From: Phaeosaccion multiseriatum
Taxonomy: Eukaryota; Protista; Ochrophyta, other classes
Reading direction: 5' to 3'
Assembly (NCBI GenBank): GCA_965112735.1
Contig: OZ218950.1
Span: 6,634,001-6,698,000, forward strand
DNA length: 64,000 bases
Shown here: positions 42,130 through 57,542 of the stretch, one piece after another
Layout: every line of letters begins with the position of its first letter
Position numbering within the stretch: the first letter of the stretch is position 1
Position numbers and translations under genes: made by a program
The notes under the pieces: generated by a model
Databases searched by the model: none
Told to the model about the DNA's origin: nothing
The model's input: the letters and a program-made list of their open reading frames with translations, nothing else

Positions 42130-42953
42130 GCCCCCTCCTTCCCCCCGACAGCTTCTCCGATCGCGAGATGGTGGCACTCATCGGTGCACACGCCGTTGGG
42201 CGCTGCCACCTGAAGGCCTCGGGCTACTGGGGCCCCTGGACCTTCGCTGAGACCACCTTCAGCAATGAGTACTACAGACTCCTGTTGGAGGAGAAGTGGA
42301 CCCTCAAGACCACTCACAACGGGGCTCCCTGGACCGGGCCAGGTATATGGGTATTGTGGCGTTTGGGATTGGGTGTTGTGGTGTGGAGTAAGTATGCCTC
42401 CTCACTCACTCTCTCACCCACTCACTCACTCTCTCACTCACCCACTCACTCGCCCCCATCACCCACTTGCTGTGACGGCCTGTAACCGTTCTGTAACCGT
42501 CTTGCGCTACAGACCAATACGAGGACCCAACCGGCAAGTTGATGATGCTTCCCTCTGACATGGCGCTCGTTTGGGACAAGGGTTTCCGAAAGATCGTGGA
42601 GGAGTACGCCAAGGACGAGGATCTCTTCTTCAAGGTAGGCAGGGTAATCGTACCTGCACTGTTGTTGGCTTATGGTGTGTGGGACGGCACGGTTGACATC
42701 AAGGAGGGTTGATGTTTCCCGGCACACATCCACTCACCCACGCACACTGCACCACCTCATCCTTCTCTCTCTTCCCCCCTCTCTCTCTCCCTCCCATTCC
42801 CCCTCTCTCTCGCTCTTCTCTTCTCTCTCTCTCTACCACCACCAGGATTTTTCGGAGGCATTTTCCAAGCTGCTTCACCTCGGAGTGACTCCTGCCGCGA
42901 CAGGCGGCGCGGGCGGAATCATCGCCTCGCTCCGTAAGATGGTCGGCCTCTAA
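39659..42953 (+). CDS. CCP1: Mitochondrial cytochrome c peroxidase (class I heme peroxidase)
   Basis: Exons 39659-39742, 40120-40374, 40759-41066, 41505-41627, 42152-42342, 42513-42634 and 42846-42953. Arg/Ser-rich presequence plus hydrophobic segment, [33 protein letters not shown] (Trp191 equivalent), LMMLPSD (Met230/231 equivalent). Confidence 0.92.
39849..39989. repeat. 60-bp direct repeat (81-bp period) in CCP intron 1
   Basis: 39849-39908 versus 39930-39989, 1 mismatch. Confidence 0.92.
41439..41485. repeat. 11-bp tandem repeat (TCGTGGAACGG)4 near the 3' end of CCP intron 3
   Basis: Direct inspection. Confidence 0.9.
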
Positions 42954-44781
42954 GGTCTAAGGCGGGTGTGTGCATGCGTGCATGAGTGCACGTGTGTATA
43001 TGTGTGTTGTGTGTGTGTGCAGGACAGACGGACGGAGGGAAGGAACGAGAGAGAAACAGAATGAAAAACAAGAAAGAAAGGGGGATAAAGGTCAGGGGCC
43101 AGAGCAGGGCAGGCGGGCAGGAGATTGCGCAGAGGGGGGTTACAGAATAACGTTGTTACGATAAGTGCTGGGCTCTTTTGAGAGAGATGGCCGGGGCCTT
43201 GCCTTGGGAGAGTGACAGAGAGGGAGCTTGTCTTGTCCCACGTCCAAGACGATCGTCCAATCGTACTCCTCAAGCGAAGCACTCGTTGTAAAATACTGAC
43301 GTGGGGGTTACACATCACAGAAACTCTTATCGTATGACCAATTTGGGTGGGTGGTGGATGGGTGGGATGGTGGACATTCGATGTGACACCGTCAACCGTG
43401 GGGTGCAGGCGGGCGAGAATTAACGCCACGCCGCTGCAACACACAACAGCGCCCTGAACTCCATCTATTGCCATCTGGTGTCTGTATGAGAGAGGCAAGG
43501 CGCACGCTTTACCATCAAAGCCGAGCAGTTCTTCGTCTTGTGTACATCATCATACCCACGAAGCCGAGCGAACTCTCTGAGGGCTCTCTGATCGCCGAGC
43601 AAAGTCTTGCGTATGTGTACATCAGAGCGGAGCTCTTGTCGGTCGCGCCGCCCGGCCCCTCCCATCTCCACCCTCTTCCTCTTCCTCTCTGGTCCACTGC
43701 CCTCGCCCCTCGGGCCTGCAGTGCCCCTGCTCCCCTCCCCACCCTGAGGGAATTCTATAGTAAATCCCTTTTTCTTTTTTTTTCTTTTAAAACCTCCACC
43801 ACCCCCCATGGGGGCGGTTGTCTTGTATTTGCGATTCTCAATGATTCTCTTTCCGCAATTCATGTTGACACAGCCCCCTCTCAAATCAGGACCTCTCTGT
43901 CCTCGCTCACTGTCTCTCTCACTGTCTCTCTCACTGTCTCTCTCACTGGATCCCTCTCCTCGCTCACTCGTTCAGCTCAAGACAAGACCCTGTCCTGCTG
44001 TCCACCCGTACACGACAGACACCTTAAAATCTGATACCCGAGAGGGCGCCTCCTCCCCTCGAGAGCTCTGTTAGGGCGCATCCGTCCCCCTGTCCTGGGC
44101 ACCCACCCATCCACCCGCCCCTCTGGCTCTTGTGTGTGCGCGCCCTGTCATCTCCCACATGCCCCCACCAGTGTGCAAATGGTCCATCACATGATTCGTC
44201 TGCGTGCCATGGGGCAGCTCTGCTCTGCTCTGCTCTGCGCTGCGCTGCCCGGTGTGATGGTGCGGGCCTCTCATCACCTCTGGCGACAAATCGCCTCTTC
44301 TCCCTGCGCTCTGTGTAGAACCAATGCCGTGCCCCTCTCCATCGCGTACGTCAAAGTCGAGTGGTGCTGAGGCTCCCTCTTCTTCCCTTCTCCCCTTCAG
44401 CACCGCCTCCGGAGAGGCATGGCCAAGCGGTAGCCAAGAATCTCCTCTCTCCTCTCTCCTGAGAGGCACGTAAGTCAGTGAGTGTCCTCGCCCCCATAAC
44501 TAGTCCCGCGCCCAACCCATCCACTGCCATCTCTCGAACCCACGACGCACAGCACCCCCGCCCTCCGTCATGGGCTCTGCCTCTCTGGGACGAGTCTCTC
44601 TCTGTCCGACAAGTATCTCTCTCCGGAGCATAGAGGCTGTTTTGGCCGCGTCCATGCTTATGCGCTGTAGGCCCCGCTCTCACCCTTCGAACGAATACTT
44701 CGAAACAATGAATGAATTCCTTCCTTCCTTCCTTCAGGAAGAAGAAGCAAAGCATCCAAGAAATAAAATTCCTTCCTTCCC

Positions 44782-46760
44782 TCACGTGGCCACCTTGTCG
44801 AAGCTCCGGTGCGCCTTGCCGTCGAGGAATGTAGTGAACTTCTTCCGCTCGTCGCAGGTAAACCAGAAAGACAGGACAAAGCGCGAGCCTGAAGCCACAC
44901 GGCGAACCTGGTGGGGATTTTCCATGCCTGCTGTGAAGCTCAGCAGGAGGCCTGGAGTGGGCGGTGAGGCAGAGCAGCAGGTCAGAGCAGTAGGAGGAGG
45001 ACTACACCCTGCCAGTAGCACTCTTCTATTCAGTACCTAAAGCCGGCTCAAGAAAGCAAGCCCCCCCCCTCTTCTTTTCACTGCCATACCTGGCGCCGGT
45101 TCAATGACCATGTCGACGTCCTTGGGGTCGGCCCCGAAGGCAAACAAGCCTCCTTCGAAGTCCTCCTCGTACTCCGACAGGTACAGCAGGCCACTGTAGT
45201 CGTAATGCTGCGTGTTTTGCTTGTCCACATGCACTGTCCAATACCTGGACGAAAGGGGAGGAGGAGGGGGGAGGCGGGGGAGCGTGAATCACTTCTGCCA
45301 CCACCCGGACGGCCGCTCACAGGGGGTGCGTTCGGAAGAATGCGCATCCTCGAGACCCAATGACAAGCACTTACTCGTCGTGCATGCTCTGCGGCGCCCA
45401 GCTGGAGTTGCCCACCAAGCGCCTGCAAAAGTCACAGCGCGGAGACAACAACACATAAAAGCCACGGACGCATGCACACGCACGCACACACACACGCACA
45501 CGCACCGCACACAAAGACGAAGACGGAAGTGGAGGGGTTAAAAGGATGAATACTCTGCCGTCGTATGCCCAACGCCCGAAGCAACTGAAGCGAGCGACTG
45601 CTGCCCACTCCTCTCTCCCATGCCGTGGTTGTGTTCTCCCCCTCCTTGTCTCACCCACCCTTCCCCTCTCCTCCTTACCACCCCTCCCCCCTCTACAATA
45701 CCGTAAAACAACAAATGCGCAGTGTGGGTAGGTAGACAGGTGGGAAGGTACATCAGTTGGTGATACATGTGGACGTACGTGATGAAGGTGGGCGCCGTGA
45801 AGTACAGGTAGTCAAGTCCGAAGGCGCCCTGCACGGATGACCTTATCCTGTCCATCACGCCCTTGTAGAAGGAGTACTCCTCCTCCGAGTACAGCGGAGG
45901 AGGACTTCCCTCCCCCTCCCCTGTCCCCTGCTGGTCGTAGATGTTGATCATGCCCATGGGGTCCCTCAAAAAGCCCGAGTTGAGGTCGAGGATGCAAGGC
46001 CCGCCGAGTGTGGACCTCCCCGCCATCCCCCGCTCCGCCAAGTCTTTTTTTGTTGAGTTTTGTTTTTGGTTTGTTGTGAGTAGTGTTCGATTCATTTGCC
46101 GGTCACCAGAACAAGAGACAAGGCAGGCGAAAAGTATTGTGGGATCGGAGAGAAGGTGGTGCCCAGATAGAAAGGGGCGACAGCAGGGAGGGAGGAGGAG
46201 ACGGAGGCAGTAAGGGTTAGAGCAAAGAGGGAGAGGAGTGGCCCTGCTGCTTGTCCCGGCCTTTCTCCGTCCCTCCTGCCCCTCCCCCCCCCCCTCTCTC
46301 CCTCTCCCTCTCTCTGGTCCTTCCACCCCCTCTCCTCACCTTTGAGCCTTTTGACATCCTCCCTTGGTACGAAGTCGCTCACCACCAATCTCCCGCAGCC
46401 CCTCTCTTTGGCAGGGTCGGGGTGGCAGCCTACCTTGTGAGGAGTGTACATCTGCTGGACGCAGGGTGTATCCCACATGCAGCCGTCTCTGCAAGACTCC
46501 GCATCGTCATGCTTCAACAAAATCGGGCCCTGTGCGCCATCATCACTGTCAGCAGCAGGGCCGAAGCGCTGCTCAAGCTTGGTGATGATCTTTCCCCGGA
46601 AGATCCAAGCCACGAGAGCGACGAACAACGAAAAAAGTTTCGTAGTGGAGGCCGCTCGCTGCTGCTGCGGCTGGCCCTCTGACGAAGTGCCAGTGGGTTC
46701 CTTTCGGCTGATCCCCTTCCCTCTCTTGTTTTTTCCACCCCCAGCAGCACCTTTTGCCAT
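44782..46760 (-). CDS. OGFOD3: OGFOD3-like type II membrane 2-oxoglutarate/Fe(II) oxygenase
   Basis: Exons 46760-46340, 46043-45779, 45422-45375, 45244-45090 and 44951-44782. N-terminal TM segment, [30 protein letters not shown] (HxD), [23 protein letters not shown] (distal His), GSRF...FTC. Confidence 0.85.
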
Positions 46761-47055
46761 CTTGTCGCGTCCAATTTGGTCTTTCCATCTCTCCCTCTCC
46801 CTCTCCCGCGATCCCGCTCTCTCATTGAGCTGAAATTTAAATTCTTGGCTTCGGGCGCCGCAGCCCTTCAGCCCCATTTCTATCTCTCCTCCCTCTCTTC
46901 ACCTACCCACCCACCTGCTGCTGCTTCGATCTTTATTAGGAGCTCCTATCCACCCTTTCTCTCCGGGGATTGAACTTTCTCCCTCTTATAAAGTTTTCTT
47001 GGTTTCTTGTTTTCTTGTTTGGGTTAATTTTCCCTCGCTTTTGGTGGCTTGAGAC

Positions 47056-48309
47056 ATGACAGATGTGGCAGGACAAGCAGCAGCAGTAGCAGCGGTAGAC
47101 GCACCCACAGGGATGCGTGTCCAAGACCGGCTGGAGATCGGGCCTAATGTCCGAATCTCAGGCGCTTCTGTGCAAGTGCAGGGCTCGAGGGGGGAGGACG
47201 CAGCTGCGACGCACCCCCTCCCATCTCGGCTGGCGGCGATATCTTCTTCTCGCTTGGAAGGAAACGAGTGGGGGGGTTCTTTACATATAGTGGACCTTGA
47301 TTCTCTCTCTCTTCTCAGAAGCATTCCTTTGGTGAGCGGCACCGCCGATCTGTGTTGGCTGCGAGGAGATGGTGGCAAGAGTAGCACGCTCGCCGTCGGC
47401 GAAGACAGCGGCGACATTAGACTGTACGAGGTGCAGCCGGTGGAGGCGAGTGGTGGCCCTTCCACCGCAGGAGCGCAGGTGATGATTTCACACACCATGA
47501 CTTTAGCAGAACACCACGACCTCGTATCTTGCGTTCGGTCATGTCGCAGCACCACCAGCAGCAGTGGCAGCAGTGGTAGCAGTGGTGGTGGTGGTAGCGC
47601 TGCCTTCCTGCTGGCCTCGGGGAGCTGGGACCGCTCGGTCAAAGTCTGGGATGCCTCCTCCCCGGCCAACGACGCTTCCCTCTGCACCTTCCACGGCCAC
47701 TCGGATCACGTCCTCGACGTCGACTGGGACCCCAGCCCAGAAGCGTGCAATAACATCCTCGCCTCGGTGTCTCGGGATGGGACTCTGCGGCTGTGGGACC
47801 GCAGCAAGTGCTCAGCTCCGCCTCCGTCTTCCGTCCTACCCAACTCCGCCGTGGGTGCGTGCGTAGGCTACATTCGGTTCGAGTGCACACCACAAGCCTT
47901 GTCGTGGCACCCTTCCGAGCCCTGGATAGCGGTGGGGTGCGAGGATGGGAGTGTGGTGGTGGTCGATGTTCGGCGTGTTGGGGGTGCAGAAGGTACCCCA
48001 ATTATAGCAAAGAAGCAGCTGCACCGCCGAGCGTGTGTGTCGCGAGTAAGGTATGGTCCAGCCGCCGTTTGCGAGGGAGGAGAAGGAGGACCCACCGGGC
48101 CCTGGACTGGACTGGCTTGTGCGGCACATGATGGGACCGTGGTGTATGCATCCTCGAGTGGTGCTGGAGACAACAAGGACAAGGAGGGCAGGGCTTTATC
48201 TACGGCTCCTGCGCACTCAGATGCGGCTGCTGCGTTGGAATGGACAGGCGATAGACTCATCAGCGGGGGGTGGGACGGGGTGATGCTTCGTCATGTGCTC
48301 GGGGACTAG
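47056..48309 (+). CDS. WDR77: WD40 protein, methylosome protein 50 (MEP50/WDR77)-like, intronless
   Basis: SSRLEGNEWGGSL, GTADLCW, DSGDIRLYE, EHHDLVSCV, SGSWDRSVKVWD, PQALSWHP and GCEDGSVVVVD are colinear with MEP50 motifs (SSLSGRCWAGSL, GVADLTW, DSGAVELWE, EHDDIVSTV). Confidence 0.75.
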   Translation: MTDVAGQAAAVAAVDAPTGMRVQDRLEIGPNVRISGASVQVQGSRGEDAAATHPLPSRLAAISSSRLEGNEWGGSLHIVDLDSLSLLRSIPLVSGTADLCWLRGDGGKSSTLAVGEDSGDIRLYEVQPVEASGGPSTAGAQVMISHTMTLAEHHDLVSCVRSCRSTTSSSGSSGSSGGGGSAAFLLASGSWDRSVKVWDASSPANDASLCTFHGHSDHVLDVDWDPSPEACNNILASVSRDGTLRLWDRSKCSAPPPSSVLPNSAVGACVGYIRFECTPQALSWHPSEPWIAVGCEDGSVVVVDVRRVGGAEGTPIIAKKQLHRRACVSRVRYGPAAVCEGGEGGPTGPWTGLACAAHDGTVVYASSSGAGDNKDKEGRALSTAPAHSDAAAALEWTGDRLISGGWDGVMLRHVLGD

Positions 48310-49440
48310 GGCAAGGGATAAGAGACTGAAGTGTGTCAACCCCCTTCGGGTCGTATGTCAATGGCCCAGGCTTAGCGCTGGCCTTGAGCCTAAGTGGTCC
48401 TTTAAGAGATAAAGCAGTGATAAAGCCAATTTGCCTGGGTACTGTATGTCTGTGCGTCTCGTTCTCCTTTAGGAGGAGGAGGGCTTTCGAAGGCGGAGGT
48501 TCGGGAGGGGGTCCTATTGTTAACTTTTGAAAAGAAGTTTGGCACTGCAAACGAAAAGAAAGACTTTTCTCAATGCACATTGGTCGTTCTGATTCGGTGA
48601 CCATTCGATCTGTATATATTAGTGGGTTCGAATTTGCCTTCGCCTGTTCGTTCTATACTCGCTACGCCGTAGCGCACCAGGTAGGGGGTTGGGCGGGGGG
48701 GCTGTTTGGCGTCTGGCTGCTCAGGTGGCAGAGTGAAGCGGTGACGACTGCACCGAGGCGGGCTCACTCCGCTTTTCCCATCCAAGTGAGTACTCTCACT
48801 CACTCACGCACTCACTCACTCATTCACTGAGCCGCCGGACCCACCGCTCTCGCCCCTCCCTGCCTTGCTCTCCGTAACGTCTTCGCGACGCGCTGACTGA
48901 TGCAGCCTGTCAGGGACATTGTCAGGCATGTGAAGCACCGACTCATCCCCTGTCTCCTCCCCTTCCCCCATGTTTGGCCTCTCGCCGCTTCCTTACTCGT
49001 TCGAGTCTATTCGCCCAATTCGTAAGTGTCGACGCGGGTCTCTCTCCGCTCCATCACCACTCTTGCTGTCACTCCACTCGCCCCCCCCCCCCCTCCCCTC
49101 CCTCCTCTTCTTCCATGAGAGGGAAAGACGACGAAAAGATCGCATTTACACTGCTCGCCGGCAGCTTCCTTCCTCCGACGCCGAACCCTCGCCCCATCCA
49201 ATGCGGGTTACGACCTCGGGCTATCGGGGAGATTGGCAGGGAAGGACGGGACGGAACGGAAACCTTCACCCTTACCTACTTGCAGCCTAGCCACCCCCTC
49301 TGACCTTCACTTCACCTCCCCATCCAGTGCCATCCTTCGCCCTCTACACATGCTGCTGCCCCTGCCCCTGTCCCTGCCTCTGTCTCTGCCCCCATCGCAG
49401 AGAGACACGCCATCACATCTACCCATATGCCCTTTGTCCA

Positions 49441-52136
<2,696 letters not shown>

Positions 52137-53021
52137 GCTGGCTACCGAGCAGAGAAGCCCCCCTCAGGGCGATCCTCTCTATGAACGTCCCCACTCCAAG
52201 AGCGCGTCCACCCACAGCGAAAAAGCCGGTTAACACCTCTGCGAAACCCTGCCTCCGCACACTTCCGGGGTACCCAGTGCGCAACAAGTCGTGGTTGTGC
52301 TCCTCCTGCTATTGTGCCTATACCTCTCTCGCCTGTTTTGTTGGTCTCCGTACGCTTGCGGATTTCTCACTGTCCCCCCTGGGATTTTGTCCACCAAGCT
52401 GAAATGCAAACTGACTTTCATCATCCTTCCGCCCAAGCCCCTCAGGCGCCTTTTTTTCCTTCTTGAGTATGCCTTGATAGCTGTTTGAATGAGTGTGTGA
52501 TATAAAAACCCCCGTGGAGGTCCTGCAGTCGACCTGTGTCGTGCGGAGAGGGCTTGAAGAGCAAAGTCGGTTTGTTGCCTTCCGTTACTCTCGTCGTAAG
52601 GTACGAAGGTGCGTTGTGTCTTGCTGCAGGTGGGGAGCTGCTGCTGGTGCTGCTGCTGGCTCTCTCTTGTCTATCTTTGCTCGTTGTTGAGTATCGAGCT
52701 GGGTAGAGTCTGTGGGAAGAAGAAGGAAGCGACTAACGAATTAATTCCTGTTTCCTCTCGCCTTCCCCTTCCGTGGAAGCTTACAGACATGGTGCTGCTT
52801 TGAAGCCAGCAGAAGAAGCTAGGAAACAAGGAGAGGGGCGGGGACAGAGAGAGAGCGCGAGAGAGAGGGAGGGAGACAAGAGGCGCGAAAGTGAGGAGCC
52901 GGAATGGGCGGGAGGAGGAGAAGATAAGAAGAGGAGGAGAAGGTAGAGGAGGAGGAGCCCCTTCGAGGGGCCATCTACTCGACCTGCTTCGCAACCCAAC
53001 AAATGGGTATCGCGTCGTATC

Positions 53022-54564
53022 ATGCGCCGTCAGTGCTGTGATCCGAATGGGGGCCTCCCCCGCACCACCCCAACGCCACTCGTGGGCGTCTCTTCGCGAC
53101 GGAATCCCCTCGCCGCGTGGGTAGTATTTGCGATCATGCTCTTGAGCCTGACTGTCTACCTCAATACCACCTTTACCCTCAAGGCGCGGGGCGAAGGGGG
53201 GTACGCAGAGACCGATGCCGGTGCACAGCGGCTGAGCATGCCAAAGGGCCAGCAGCAGCAGGGCCTCACGGGTGCTGTGTTGGAGGATTTCATCAAGGGA
53301 GCGGGGGCGGGCGGGGGAGAGGGAGGGGGAGGGGGAGGGGGTGGGGGAGGGCAGTCGGAAGAGCAGCAGTTGGTGATACAGCAGCAGCAAGAGGATCTCC
53401 AGGCACTACGCGCCGCTCAGAGCAAAACCGTCACGAAGCTCAACGAAGCGCTGGCGACGTTGCACAAGAGACTAGACACGCACGTCATGTGGGCGGGCAA
53501 GGCGGACGCAGTAGAAGGAGGAGCAGGAGGAGGAGGAGGGGTAACACAGGAGGTGAGGGGCAGTAGGAGCCAAGCCTGAGATTTAGCTTCCGACCACCAT
53601 GCTTGGGAAGGAGTTTGCGTGTCCATGCTGCGGCGAGGGCAGGCGTCTAAAGGCATTCCTCTCACCCTGGCTTGGCTGCGTGAGAGCGCAATTCGCGCAA
53701 TCGGGGGGGGGGGGGGGGCTCGTTTCATCAGAAAGCTGACTGCTTCCCTACTTCCCTCCTTCTGAGCCCCAGTGACTCCCGTCCTAACGCGCTTAATCGT
53801 CATGTTGTGTGTACAACTTGTGCGCGGTCTGTTGTCCTCTCCATGCCTCTTTAAGCAGCACCAGCAGCACAAGTCGGCCGGGAATCCAGCAACGGTAGCA
53901 GATGTAGCAGGTGGTGATGAGCCAGCAACAGTCCAGCAGCAGCCTCGTAAATCACCCTCCACGGGCACCGAGCAGCAGCAGGCGCAGCTTCTGCAGGGAC
54001 AGGAGCGGGGGCAGGGGTGGGGGAAGGCAGTGGAGGGCCTGCCCTTTGTGGTGTTGGGTATCCCTACGGTTCCTCGGCCTCAGAATGCCGAATACCTCCG
54101 ACGGACGCTCGAGGCCATAGTATCACAGATGCCCGAAGACCCAACACACCCGCTCTTTGGGGAGGTGAGCGTTTGATTGGATTGGTTGGATTGGATGGCC
54201 CTTTGTTTGTCTCTTGGGGGGGGGGAAGGGGTACGTAGCATATGGGCAGACCGAAAGAACCCATTTTTCTTGACACTCACAAATGGCTCTCTGTGGAACC
54301 ACTACTCGTTTGGCCTGTCTACTCCCCTGACTCTGATTCTGCTTGTCGCCTCCTCCCCCCTCCCCTCCCCTTTCCTCCCCTCTTTCCCACATGTATCACC
54401 AACAGGTCATGGTCGTTGTCATGAACATGGAACACGGCACGAGACACCAGGTGTTCGAAGAGGCCAAGGAGTTTTACGGCCCCGGCCATCCCCACGCCCC
54501 GTAAGTAGTAACGCCTCCTTTTGTCTGATTGCTTTCCCATGCTCACGTGGTAAGCACACGCGCG

Positions 54565-54615
<51 letters not shown>

Positions 54616-54898
54616 CCAACAAGGTTTATCTTTTTTCTGGAGGAGAAGGACGGAGACGCGGTGGACGGGGCGGCCATCGCAGACAAGCCTCGCCCCCCCG
54701 CCGTGGCCGTATCGGCCAAGGGAGCAAAGGTCAGAAAGCCTGTCAACCCACCCTCCCCACAGGCCGTCAAGCAGACACGGAATCTCGTGGCTCTGCTGCG
54801 AGCGGCGGCGAGTAAGGCCGAGCACTATCTGTTCATGGAGGATGACATGGAGCTTTGTGAGAAGGGGCTTGAAACCGTCATGTACATGATTGCCAAGG

Positions 54899-54930
<32 letters not shown>

Positions 54931-56278
54931 GGTGTGTGTGTGTGTGTGCGTGCTCGCGTGCGTGAGTCCGTCAGGACGCGCGTCCCCTTCCTGCTCTTCC
55001 TGCCCAGTCTCAGTCTACCCTCCCATTTGTTCTTGTTGCTTGTTGCTTGCTTAATTCGGTTTCATCCATTCTGTCCAATGTCTGTCTCTCTTGTCCATCC
55101 GCTGCCGTCCTTCCTCACCTTCTGTAACGCCCCCCATACCCTCCTCCTCCTCTTCTTCCTCCCCCATCCCCTCATGCGTGTGCACACACTGCCGTTGTGC
55201 TGCTTTGCTTCCTCTCATCTCTCGAACTCTGCCCCCCCACACAGACGCAAGCCTACCACCCAGATTGGATCGCCATGCGGGCATCCTACGGTATGAACGG
55301 CATCGTGCTGAAGGCCGAAGACGTGCTCCCCTTCGCCGACTACATGCTCAAGCACATTAAGCGAAGGCCCCCGGACCATCTCGTGGTGGAGTGGTTCGCG
55401 GGGGAGACGCAGGAGACCCATCGATACAAGGTCTGTTATATGGGTGCTTGGCTTCTCTTGACGCTTCTCTTGACGGGTGCTCGCTTGTCTTTGATAGCTG
55501 CTCTGCTCTGCTCGCTCAAGTTTGTGGGTGCAAAAATGGTCCTTCTTATCTTCTCTCTTCTCTGTGTCAAGCGTTGCCGGGCGGGGGGTGAAGGTGTAAT
55601 TTTGGCCTGGGCCTCTGATCTCACATGGGGGCCCTCCACTCCATTTACGCTCGCAAAGACACACACACACACACAACGCCACACAACGGTGCCTCAAGCG
55701 CCTTGGAGTTGCGACGCCTATATCTGTGTATGCTTCCATTGCCTCTCCTTGTCTGTGCCTAGACTCTGTGCACCCTTTTGCTTTGCAAACCAAAGCCTTG
55801 CTTTGACGATGCACAACTCAACCAAACCCTCCCTCTCCATGCCCCCTACCCCACCCCCCCCACTCCCCTCCTCCCTCCCCTTCCTCTCCCTGCCTGCCTG
55901 CCTCCCTGCCTCCCTCCCTCCTTGCCCATGCCATCACCGCTTGCGAACATGCTTGCGAACACACGGGGTCCACCCTCTCCTCCCCTCTTCTTCCCCACCC
56001 AACAGAGCAACCGCCCCAACACGGCGTTTCGCTACAACATCTTCCATCACATGGGCAAGCTGAGCACCCTTCGTGGATCCAAGTCACCAAGCTACCCCCT
56101 CTGCTACGAGGAGCTCGGTCCACCCGTGCTCTTCCCGGTTGAGTCTTTCGACCCCAAGCACTGTCCAAACGATGACGTGTGGCCGTGTCTGGGAAGGGGG
56201 GCTGCCCCCCCGGAGCCGCCGGCGGATTACAAGGCACTCAACGGCATGTATAAAAAAACACGACCCTCGCGGCATTGA
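53022..56278 (+). CDS. GT54 / MGAT4 (GnT-IV)-like type II membrane glycosyltransferase
   Basis: Exons 53022-53552, about 53856-54164, 54406-54500, 54624-54897, 55245-55430 and 56006-56278. TM plus stem, then [44 protein letters not shown], which match GT54 motifs (GIPTV, YLQLEDD, FQHVGxxSSL). The start codon is uncertain. Confidence 0.75.
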
Positions 56279-56296
56279 GTGATACCCCTCATCATC

Positions 56297-56350
56297 ATTT
56301 TACTTTAAAATTTAAAAAAAAAAATATAAAAAATAAAATAAAATAAAACA
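56297..56350. terminator. AT-rich tract with AATAAA repeats in the 212-bp gap between the convergent GT54 and PPR stop codons (putative polyadenylation region)
   Basis: TTTTACTTTAAAATTTAAAAAAAAAAATATAAAAATAAAATAAAATAAAAC in an otherwise GC-rich window. Confidence 0.45.
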
Positions 56351-56490
56351 CACGTTTGGCTGTGTGAATCGTCCGACTGTACCGACCCACTTCCCACAAA
56401 AGCATATCCGTTACCATCTCTCCCTTTGATCTCGGGATACTCGAATTTTCACATGGGGGTGGAGGGCTGCAATTGCTTGCCCTCGCCCCC

Positions 56491-57501
56491 TTAAGAGAGC
56501 CCTCCTTCCCCGTGTGCCCTGGCGCGCTCGACTGCGGCGATCAGAGCCTTGAGTGAGCGGGTTAGCCGGAGAGGCTCTTCTTCATCAGGTACCCCCCCCC
56601 CTCCAAGGCCCCGCACGACATCCTCCCCGCCCCCTCCTCCGCTTCCCCGTCCCCCTCCTCCTCTTCCTCCTTTCTCCGCCTCCGCCTCCTCCGCCTCCTC
56701 CTCCTCCTCCTCCAGCCTCCCCCTGAGCTCTTCAACCAGTTCCTCCGCTCGGTCCACCTCGTCCAACCGCAGCAGCGCTTCGCCCACCACAGCGTAGCTG
56801 GAGTGATCCGGCTGCAGGCCTGGACACAAGTTCGCGACAGCGTCCCACGCCCCTCCTCCTCCTCCTTCTCCTCCTCCTCCTCCTCCTCCTCCTCCTCCTC
56901 CTCCTCCTCCTCCTCCTCCTCCTCCTCCTCCTTCTCCTCCTCCTCCTTCTCCTCCTCCTGCTGCTGCTGCTCTTCCTCCACCCTGCTCTACCCTGGCCGT
57001 GTGCATACGGACATTCTTCCTGCCCTCCTCCTCCCCTCCGCTCTTCCTCTTCCTGCTCTTCCTCCTCCCTGCACTATCCTGACCGTGCGCATACGGACCT
57101 TCTTCCTGCCCTCCTCCTCCCCCCCGCTCTTCCTCCTGGCTCCGCAGCAGCGCCTGATCTGCCCTGAGCCACTCCCACACCATGACCACCTTCTCGTTCT
57201 GCCCCCCTCGGAGGCAAGCAGTCATTGCCCAGTTGTAGTGCTGGACGTTAGCCAACGCCCCTGTAACTTTCGCCCCGTCCACTGCCATCCCCGCCACCGG
57301 CTCCTCCTTCTCCTCCCTCCCTTGCGTCTGCCTCCACCCACCTGGGTTGGGTACCCCCCGTACCTCCGCGAGCAGGTCGAGCGAAGTGGCCCACTGTCCA
57401 GACTCTCCACACGCAATAATGGCAGCGGTGTACAAGCTGTGTCCCCAGCCCAACTCATCAAGGCCTTGCTTTCTCGTCCTCTCTTCCTCCTCCTCCTCCT
57501 C

Positions 57502-57542
<41 letters not shown>

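Noticed and set aside
40759-42953. Ascorbate peroxidase call
   Set aside because: The mitochondrial-type presequence, SGYWGPW and LMMLP favour cytochrome c peroxidase.
43200-44780. Possible extra minus-strand gene (ORFs 44071-44469 and 43465-43884) or extra OGFOD3 3' exons
   Set aside because: Some coding-like stretches, but no recognisable motif and no convincing splice path; RNA-seq is needed.
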